Shown in pieces: positions 32,349 through 38,767 of a DNA stretch of 38,813 bases. How positions within the stretch are numbered: position 1 is the first letter of the stretch; every line of letters begins with the position of its first letter. The DNA lies in contig CASDHD010000001.1 of NCBI GenBank assembly GCA_949280095.1, positions 1 to 38,813 of the forward strand, read 5' to 3'. Under the pieces are notes generated by a model, which was not told where the DNA came from, did no database searches, and saw only the letters and a list, made by a program, of their open reading frames with translations. Origin of the DNA: an uncultured Bacilli bacterium. GTDB taxonomy: Bacteria > Bacillota_I > Bacilli_A > RF39 > UBA660. The position numbers and the translations under genes are program-made.

Positions 32349-33269
32349 ATGAAATTAGAAGAGATTTTCACCTTTGAAAATTTATACCGAGCATATAAAA
32401 AATGTCGCAAAGGAAAGCAACATAAAGGAGAGGTTATTCGTTTTGAAACAAATCTATCAGTTAATTTAAGTAATATTAGAAGTGAATTGTTAAGTAAAAC
32501 ATATAAACTTGGAAAATATAAGAAATTTTATATTTATGAGCCAAAAGAAAGGCTTATTGAAGCATTGCCTTTTAAAGATAGAGTAGTTGTTCGATGTTTT
32601 TGTGATACTTCATTACGTCCTAAACTTGAAAAAAAACTAATATTTGATAATTGTGCTTGTCGTAAAGAAAAAGGAACACATTTTGCTATTCAAAGGTTGC
32701 ATCGCTTTTTAAGAAAAGAATTTAAAATAGAACAAAACAATCATTTTTATTTTTTAAAATGTGATATCAAAAAATTTTTTCCTAGTATCCATCATGATAT
32801 TTTATTAAATCTTTTAAAGGAAGTTGATTTTTCAGTGGAAGAAATGTGGCTAATAAAAAAACTTGTCAAAGACCAACCTGACAAAGCAAATATTGGACTT
32901 CCTTTAGGTAATCAGTCTAGTCAATGGTTTGCTTTATTTTATTTGAATAAAGTGGATCATTTTATTAAGGAAAAATTACAGATAAAATCTTACGTTCGTT
33001 ATATGGATGACATGATTTTGCTTCATAAAGATAAAGAAGTTTTAAAAAGATGTAAAACAGAAATTGAAATAATGATTAAAGATTTATTAGAATTAGAATT
33101 GAATTCTAAAACACAGATTGGACAAGTTAAAAATGGAATTGATTTTTTAGGATATCGCCATATCATGAAAGAAAAAGGAAGAATTATTATAAAATTAAGG
33201 GCTTCTTCTAAACATAGAATGAAAAAACACATTAAAACAATTCATAAGCTTATAAAAAAGGAATTGTAG
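32349..33269 (+). CDS. DGR-type reverse transcriptase. As written the frame stops at 33269; the C-terminal segment continues in the -1 frame to 33388.
   Basis: GGAGG lies 5 nt upstream of ATG 32349. RT motifs: PKERLIEALPFKDRVV, DIKKFFPSI, LGNQSSQ (the DGR-specific [LIV]GxxxSQ) at 32904-32924, YMDD at 33000-33011, and FLGY. Confidence 0.9.
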   Translation: MKLEEIFTFENLYRAYKKCRKGKQHKGEVIRFETNLSVNLSNIRSELLSKTYKLGKYKKFYIYEPKERLIEALPFKDRVVVRCFCDTSLRPKLEKKLIFDNCACRKEKGTHFAIQRLHRFLRKEFKIEQNNHFYFLKCDIKKFFPSIHHDILLNLLKEVDFSVEEMWLIKKLVKDQPDKANIGLPLGNQSSQWFALFYLNKVDHFIKEKLQIKSYVRYMDDMILLHKDKEVLKRCKTEIEIMIKDLLELELNSKTQIGQVKNGIDFLGYRHIMKEKGRIIIKLRASSKHRMKKHIKTIHKLIKKEL

Positions 33270-33388
33270 ATGGAAAGTATGTGTCAATAAGAAAGAATGC
33301 TTTTTCTAACCATATTAAGCATACGAACGAATCTTCTCATTGGAAAGAGGAAATTTTTTCCAAAATGGATGAAACTGTGATAAAATAA
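33254..33388 (+). other. -1-frame continuation encoding the missing RT C-terminal (thumb-end) segment. The junction is an A_AAA_AAG heptamer.
   Basis: Zero frame: ...ctt atA AAA AAG gaa ttg tag. The -1 frame from 33254 reads KKGIVDGKYVSIRKNAFSNHIKHTNESSHWKEEIFSKMDETVIK*. Its HxxH(T/A)(N/D) pattern resembles my recollection of the C-terminal ..SWLGHARHADT.. region of the Bordetella phage RT. Confidence 0.6.
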
Positions 33389-33412
33389 AATTAAGAACAT
33401 TGGTGATTTTGT

Positions 33413-35491
33413 ATGAGTAATTTAACATTTTTAACAGAGGAACAAATCTTCGGAAAAAGTTGTCTAGAAATATTTAATAAATATGGTACAGAATGTGCAA
33501 TTACAGATTTCTCTATTCTTTTAGGAGGATATGTATCGAATTTTTGTTATACTAGTGAAGGAGATTCGCAAGAAAATCGTACTGGTTGGTGGTGGACTAA
33601 GACACCTTATGGAAATAACGCCCGCGTTGTTGACTGGCCTGGACTTAGGCGTTGGAGCGATGTTGATAGGCGTGCTGGTGGGGCTCGCCCAGCTTTACCT
33701 TACTCAGTAATCCAATCCATCTCCTCGAACAGAGTGAGAGGGACTAATGGTATTTTGGAAGTAGAGTATGGAGAATATCCACAAACTATAGTTCCAGAAT
33801 CACTTTCAAATTTGTTAGAACAAAATTTTCAATATAAAACACTCACAAAGACTGGAAAAGAGTATATTACAGATTCTGTACAGTGTGATTGTTATTCTAC
33901 TTCTTTTCAACCACGAAACCATATTGAGTTTAGTTATAAAGGAAAAAAATTCATTCGCTTTGTAGCAGATTTAAATTGTGAGGATAGAAATTTGTCCGAT
34001 GGCCGTCAGGTGAAAGTTGGTAGTCCTTATTGGATAGAAGTAGAACCTATTAAATGGTTAATTTCTGAGAAAGAAAATATAGCAGTTTGTAAAAAAATTA
34101 TTTTTGCAGGAGTTCAATTTAATCAAGAGCAAAATTATAAAGGGAATTTTGAGAATACCGATATTTATAAATTTTTAGAAAATTGTTTTTCGAAAGATAT
34201 AGAAGCTATTAACATCAATACACCTTTAGAAAATAAAGAAACAAAACCAACCCGCTTACAAAAAATGAATCCTGATACGACCAAAGTAAATGAACGAAGA
34301 AATATGACGGCAACAGAAAAAATTCAAGATTGGATCGAATCAGGGCAATCTGTTTTGCTGCGTGGACCCTCTGGTATCGGAAAAACAGAAAGACTGAAAA
34401 CTTTGTACCCAGATTTAATTTATATCAAACTAACAAACAATATGTTTCCAGAAAAAGTAGTAGGGTCGATGAATTTCCAAACGGGACAAAACATTCCTCC
34501 TGATTTCTATAAACAAGCAATGCTCGATTGTGCAACTCCAGAAGAACAAAAATTAATCAAAGAAAATGTCCAAAATTTGTATGACTTAGCAGATAAAATT
34601 TATGAACGATCAAAAGAAAGCAAAGGAAAAATTGTCATCTTGCTCGATGAACTTTTAAATGTGACACCTGCGGTTCAATCTCTGGTCTATACCTTAGTAC
34701 TAAATCGACTAGTAGAAATAGGAAAGGGTTTGAAATTACCTGAAAATGTGGTAGTGGTAGCAACAGGAAACCAAAAAAAATACTCTATTGTAGCAAAAGA
34801 CATAGCAGAACCTCTTGAAAAACGTTTTGATCATATTTTTGATATGGAGCCAAAAGTAGGAGAATGGTTATATGACTATGCGATTCCTAATAAAATTCAT
34901 CCTTCTGTTATTGGTTTTATTATGTCCAAGTATTTAAGTACAGGAAAAAGTGAAGAAATAAAAGATATGGGATACTTCTATGAAGAACCAGAAATTGGAG
35001 AAATGCATCCTGATAAATATGGTTGTAATGGAAGAACCAATGACCCCAGAGGATGGGTATCCATATCCAATACACTGTATAAGTTTGAAAAAAACTTACA
35101 AACAGGCAAATACATAGGAAAAAATGTGGAAAATATATTAGAAACTTCTATAAATACCAAATTGCGTTCTGAGTGGGCAAGTGCTTTCTTTAACTTTTAT
35201 AATTTACCTACTTTATCTGTCAAAGAAGTCGTAGAAAAAAACTATGGAGAGAGTGCTTTACCAAAAACGAGCAACGAACGATTTGCGACTCTTACTTCTC
35301 TTTTAATGGCAAACAAAGACGAAATAAAAGCATGTAGAGAATTTGTAAGAAACTATTGTGATCCTGAATTTTTAGAACTCTATGACTTCTGTTGGATAGG
35401 CAAAGATATAGCAAGAATGGAAAAAATTATGGAGTTAAAATCATTAGAAAATAATGTAGAACTTCCAAGTGAAAGGAGAGCAATGGCGTGA
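33413..35491 (+). CDS. DGR target: cytoplasmic protein with an N-terminal VR-bearing ligand-binding-like domain fused to a MoxR/AAA_5-type AAA+ ATPase
   Basis: No signal peptide or TM helix. N-terminal WWWTKTP...ARVV...GGARPAL motif resembles DUF1566/DUF6273-type (C-type-lectin-fold-like) modules. The VR covers codons 70-96. Walker A GPSGIGKT at 34364-34387, Walker B IVILLDE, and PENVVVVATGNQ. Confidence 0.85.
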   Translation: MSNLTFLTEEQIFGKSCLEIFNKYGTECAITDFSILLGGYVSNFCYTSEGDSQENRTGWWWTKTPYGNNARVVDWPGLRRWSDVDRRAGGARPALPYSVIQSISSNRVRGTNGILEVEYGEYPQTIVPESLSNLLEQNFQYKTLTKTGKEYITDSVQCDCYSTSFQPRNHIEFSYKGKKFIRFVADLNCEDRNLSDGRQVKVGSPYWIEVEPIKWLISEKENIAVCKKIIFAGVQFNQEQNYKGNFENTDIYKFLENCFSKDIEAININTPLENKETKPTRLQKMNPDTTKVNERRNMTATEKIQDWIESGQSVLLRGPSGIGKTERLKTLYPDLIYIKLTNNMFPEKVVGSMNFQTGQNIPPDFYKQAMLDCATPEEQKLIKENVQNLYDLADKIYERSKESKGKIVILLDELLNVTPAVQSLVYTLVLNRLVEIGKGLKLPENVVVVATGNQKKYSIVAKDIAEPLEKRFDHIFDMEPKVGEWLYDYAIPNKIHPSVIGFIMSKYLSTGKSEEIKDMGYFYEEPEIGEMHPDKYGCNGRTNDPRGWVSISNTLYKFEKNLQTGKYIGKNVENILETSINTKLRSEWASAFFNFYNLPTLSVKEVVEKNYGESALPKTSNERFATLTSLLMANKDEIKACREFVRNYCDPEFLELYDFCWIGKDIARMEKIMELKSLENNVELPSERRAMA
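33619..33698 (+). repeat. DGR variable repeat (VR), within codons 70-96 of the target gene
   Basis: See the TR entry. The 3' 18 bp CTGGTGGGGCTCGCCCAG (33675-33692) is identical to TR 32118-32135, an IMH-like GC-rich element. Confidence 0.9.
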
Positions 35492-35877
35492 AAAAAGAAC
35501 TAATCGAATTGCAATTTGGTAGTTGTGCTACTTGTGTTGTTATTTTAGATGAATATTATAAAGAATTAGGACCTACTATTTTCATGGAAGGAAATATGAG
35601 TGATACAAACTTATACGCTTGTTCCTATGAAAATCCTATATTTAAAGAAAAATTAGAAACGATGGCGAAAAACTACGAGCAAGTTTATTTTGTCATTCGA
35701 CATATAGAACAAATTACAGAAGTAGAGCAAAATAGGTACATTGCCCTTGTAAAAGATAGAGAGTTTTGTGGATTTCAAATTCCTGATAATGTAGTAGTAG
35801 TGTTTACCGTTGGAGAAGAAATGGATATAAAGAAAATATCCAAAGAACTCTATCATTTCTGTGTAATAGCAATATAA
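35488..35877 (+). CDS. Small cytoplasmic protein, possibly a degenerate Walker-less AAA+ fragment
   Basis: GTG 35488 overlaps the target stop (GTGA), with aaaggagag 9 nt upstream. VYFVIRHIEQITEVEQNRYIALVKDREFCGFQIPDNVVVVFTVG aligns with the Walker B to sensor-1 stretch of the upstream ATPase. Confidence 0.6.
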   Translation: MKKELIELQFGSCATCVVILDEYYKELGPTIFMEGNMSDTNLYACSYENPIFKEKLETMAKNYEQVYFVIRHIEQITEVEQNRYIALVKDREFCGFQIPDNVVVVFTVGEEMDIKKISKELYHFCVIAI

Positions 35878-35885
35878 GGTGACGC

Positions 35886-37136
35886 ATGAATATAGAGAAG
35901 AATCTAATTGAAGAAACACTTAAGATTATTATTATACGTTATTCAGAGTTTGCAAGTGAAATTGCCTCCTGTAAATTCGAGTATCGTACCGATTTAAAAT
36001 ACAAAACTGCTGCAACAGACGGAAAAGATGTCTTTATAGATCCAGAATATTTTACAAGTTTAGATGAAGAAGGAAGAGCCTTTTTACTAGCACATGAACT
36101 AATGCATAAAAAGTTTTTGCACCATCTGCGAATCGAAAAAAATGGTGTAAAAAGAGATCCAGAAGTCTGGAACGAAGCCACCGATGCTGTAAATAATGCC
36201 AACTTAGAGCGTGATGGATTTAAAATTGCGGAAGGGTATATCAATCGCCCTGAAGCACTTCACTATTCAGCAGATGAGTTTTATGAAATCTTATTAAAAG
36301 AAAAACAAGAAAATCCAAACAAAAAAGAATATACGCATTGCGATGACCATACCCTTTGGGAAGAAGTGCCAAAAAATACAAAAGAAATTCCAGAAATTGA
36401 TGAAAGAAAAGAATTTGCAGAAAACAGAAGAATCCGTATGGAAAAAGCAAAAGAAAACTATGAACGCCTGAAAGAAGAAATCTTAAAAAAAGAATCCTCA
36501 AGCGAAGAAGTAAAAGTAGGAGACATTGGAGAAAGTGCGTCCCCTATAGATTGGAAAATTTTAGTTAGAAGAGAATTTGATAAGCAAGAAACGCTTTGGA
36601 GTAGGAGAAGAAGTATAGAAGAAAATAACTATGCGTATCGTTTAGAAGAAATAGACAGAGAAGATGAAGCAGAAACAGAAGTATTAATTGATATTTCAGG
36701 GTCTGTCAGCTTAGATTTAATAAGAGCCTTCTTAAGAAATTTAAAGCCACTTATTAAAGAATCAAAATTAAAAGTAGGTTGTTTTAATGAAAAATTCTGG
36801 GGGATGGTAGAAATAAAATCAGTGCGTGATATCGATCAGTTCGTATTGCCAAAAGGTTCAACTGTGGGGGCTTGGACACAAGATTGTGACCTTGCGGTTC
36901 GTTCTTTTTCAAAAAAAAGAGAAGTCAACAAATTTATTTTTACAGATGGTTATCTTGTACCTAGAAATATGCCTAGAAAAGATTTAAATAATGAAAATGT
37001 AATATGGCTTGTTTATGGAAATAAAAACTTCAAACCTTGTTGTGGAAAAGTTATTTTTATTAATGAAAAACAATTAAAAGCAATGTATTGTTATCAAGGA
37101 TATACAGATACAAATAGCCAGTCTAGATTTATTTAG
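35886..37136 (+). CDS. Predicted metallopeptidase (DUF2201_N-like HExxH) fused to a vWA domain; the MoxR partner protein
   Basis: RBS aaggtga. TAATDGKDVFIDPEYF, HELMH at 36093-36107, WNEATDAVNN, MIDAS DISGS at 36690-36704, and FTDGY. Confidence 0.8.
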   Translation: MNIEKNLIEETLKIIIIRYSEFASEIASCKFEYRTDLKYKTAATDGKDVFIDPEYFTSLDEEGRAFLLAHELMHKKFLHHLRIEKNGVKRDPEVWNEATDAVNNANLERDGFKIAEGYINRPEALHYSADEFYEILLKEKQENPNKKEYTHCDDHTLWEEVPKNTKEIPEIDERKEFAENRRIRMEKAKENYERLKEEILKKESSSEEVKVGDIGESASPIDWKILVRREFDKQETLWSRRRSIEENNYAYRLEEIDREDEAETEVLIDISGSVSLDLIRAFLRNLKPLIKESKLKVGCFNEKFWGMVEIKSVRDIDQFVLPKGSTVGAWTQDCDLAVRSFSKKREVNKFIFTDGYLVPRNMPRKDLNNENVIWLVYGNKNFKPCCGKVIFINEKQLKAMYCYQGYTDTNSQSRFI

Positions 37137-37286
37137 AAAAAAATTTGTTGGATGTAAAAAAGAATAGAAAGGAAACATATCTTTATCTACATTTTATATT
37201 TAACGAATAGTAAAAAAGAGGAATTTGTGTTAAAATAGTAATAATTATGGTAGGTCATTATTAAGATTTTAAAGAAGGTGAAGCAA

Positions 37287-37799
37287 ATGACTCAAAAGAT
37301 AGCAAATTTTATAGTGGGCTTATTTAGTGGTATAGCTGGTAGTATGTTAGGAAAGTATCTTGTTATTTTTATCATCAGTTTGTTTCCTATTCTAGAACTT
37401 CGTGGTGGATTAATTGCTGCTAGTTTACTAAATCTTCCTATGTGGCAAAGTTTTTTTGTTTGTTTTGTTGGAAATATTATTCCTATCCCATTTATTCTTT
37501 GGCTTATTAATCCTATTTTTCGAAGAATGCGCAACTGGCGTTATTTAGGAAAAGTAGTACTATGGTGTGAAGAAAAAGCACATTCTAAGCAAGAAAAAAT
37601 TGAGAATTTAAAATATGTAGGATTGTTTTTATTTGTAGGAATTCCTATTCCTGGAACAGGAGCGTGGATGGGGTGCTTAATTGCAGCATTACTTGATATG
37701 GATAAAAAGAAATCTTTTCTTGCAGCACTTCTTGGGGTTATTTTTGCTGGTATCATTATGCTTATTTTTTCATACGGAATATTGGGAAGGATTTTCTAA
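37287..37799 (+). CDS. Small multidrug-export-family (COG2426-like) integral membrane protein
   Basis: ATG 37287 lies 6 nt after gaaggtg. PILELRGGLIAA motif and 4-5 TM helices. Confidence 0.65.
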   Translation: MTQKIANFIVGLFSGIAGSMLGKYLVIFIISLFPILELRGGLIAASLLNLPMWQSFFVCFVGNIIPIPFILWLINPIFRRMRNWRYLGKVVLWCEEKAHSKQEKIENLKYVGLFLFVGIPIPGTGAWMGCLIAALLDMDKKKSFLAALLGVIFAGIIMLIFSYGILGRIF

Positions 37800-38416
37800 T
37801 GAAACATTTGTATTTTGTAAGTAATAATTTAGTGAGCCGTTTGAATGTCGTACATCCAAAAGAAACAACATACAAAGAAGCAAGAGAAAAAACCGTGTTA
37901 AGTAAAAAGGGAGAAGACAATGCAATTGCTTTAATGAGAATGGAAGTTTTAGATAAAATTGAGGTCGTGTATACTTCAGAGTATTTTGGAGCAATGAATA
38001 CAGGAAAATATATTGCAGAAGCAAAGAGCATTGATTTAGTGATTGATGCAAGACTAAATGAACGTGTGGTAGGAGAACTTGGTAGTAATGAATTTCGTTT
38101 TCTAAAAGGAATGCAAGAGCATGATTTTACGTTTAAACTTAAAGATGGGGAATCGATTAATGATGTACAAAAACGAATGGAAGATTTTTTGTTGGATACT
38201 TTGATTGGTCCTGAAAAAAATATTTTAGTCGTTACACACAATACTGCTCTTTTATCTTTACTGGCTAAGTATTGTAATAAAGGATATAACTTGTATGATA
38301 GGCTTATTCTAGATTATCATGATGAAGTTATTTTTGATGGTACTTTTCATGATATGGATTTGATTGAGTTTGTTTATGATGAAGATAAATGTGTTGGTTT
38401 TAGGAGAATTATGTAA
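37799..38416 (+). CDS. Histidine-phosphatase-superfamily-like protein with degenerate catalytic motifs
   Basis: The scaffold matches His_Phos_1: VYTSEYFGAMNTGKYIA, IDARLNERVVGEL and VVTHNTALLSLL. The N-terminal RHG motif reads SNN (LYFVSNNL). Confidence 0.45.
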   Translation: MKHLYFVSNNLVSRLNVVHPKETTYKEAREKTVLSKKGEDNAIALMRMEVLDKIEVVYTSEYFGAMNTGKYIAEAKSIDLVIDARLNERVVGELGSNEFRFLKGMQEHDFTFKLKDGESINDVQKRMEDFLLDTLIGPEKNILVVTHNTALLSLLAKYCNKGYNLYDRLILDYHDEVIFDGTFHDMDLIEFVYDEDKCVGFRRIM

Positions 38417-38508
38417 TGAAGATTAAAATTTGGCAAGCCTTATGTATTGGTTTTTTAAGTATATTGTTTGTTGTAGAAATAATTTTTCTTTTGTTTGCAG
38501 GGTGTTAA
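38416..38508 (+). CDS. Possible 30-aa hydrophobic peptide
   Basis: ATG overlaps the upstream stop (TAATG). Product MKIKIWQALCIGFLSILFVVEIIFLLFAGC*. There is no other support. Confidence 0.25.
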   Translation: MKIKIWQALCIGFLSILFVVEIIFLLFAGC

Positions 38509-38509
38509 T

Positions 38510-38758
38510 ATGAATAAAGAAATTAGTTTAAAAAAATTTTTATTATTCTTAAGTGGATTTTTAGTCATTCTTGCTTTTGTGTTGTATTTTGTTTTATCTA
38601 GAATGAAGCCATTTTGTAAACCAGAGCAAAATCCGTGTAAATCAGCAATATGTAATCAATGTATTGATCGGGATGGTAAAAAGATTTGCAGTGATTGTAA
38701 TTTGTATAATCAGAAAGAAGAAAAAATTTGGACTGGCGGTTGTGTGTATAACGAGTAG
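38510..38758 (+). CDS. Small membrane-anchored Cys-rich protein
   Basis: One TM helix (FLLFLSGFLVILAFVLYFVL) followed by an 8-Cys tail (CKPEQNPCKSAICNQCIDRDGKKICSDCN...GGC). Confidence 0.45.
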   Translation: MNKEISLKKFLLFLSGFLVILAFVLYFVLSRMKPFCKPEQNPCKSAICNQCIDRDGKKICSDCNLYNQKEEKIWTGGCVYNE

Positions 38759-38767
38759 TCCTTTTTT

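Noticed and set aside
32310-33269. The RT could be a retron or group II intron reverse transcriptase with an upstream ncRNA (msr/msd-like GC-rich region at 32040-32140).
   Set aside because: The GC-rich region is an 80-bp repeat of a coding segment 1.5 kb downstream, with adenine-specific mismatches. The RT has LGNQSSQ ([LIV]GxxxSQ) rather than the QGxxxSP of intron and retron RTs. An Avd-like gene sits upstream. No intron domains flank it.
33577-33591. cgtactggt upstream of the VR also occurs at the 3' end of the TR, hinting at a longer or second repeat.
   Set aside because: Only 9-10 nt match and the flanks do not align. TR/VR homology clearly starts at CGCCCGCG. Treated as coincidence.
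22598-37136. A functional link between the NAD operon and the adjacent DGR/MoxR system, along the lines of NAD-depletion defence.
   Set aside because: The only evidence is adjacency. A hairpin with a T-run and a separate promoter-like element separate them, and every NAD gene has an ordinary biosynthetic or salvage assignment.
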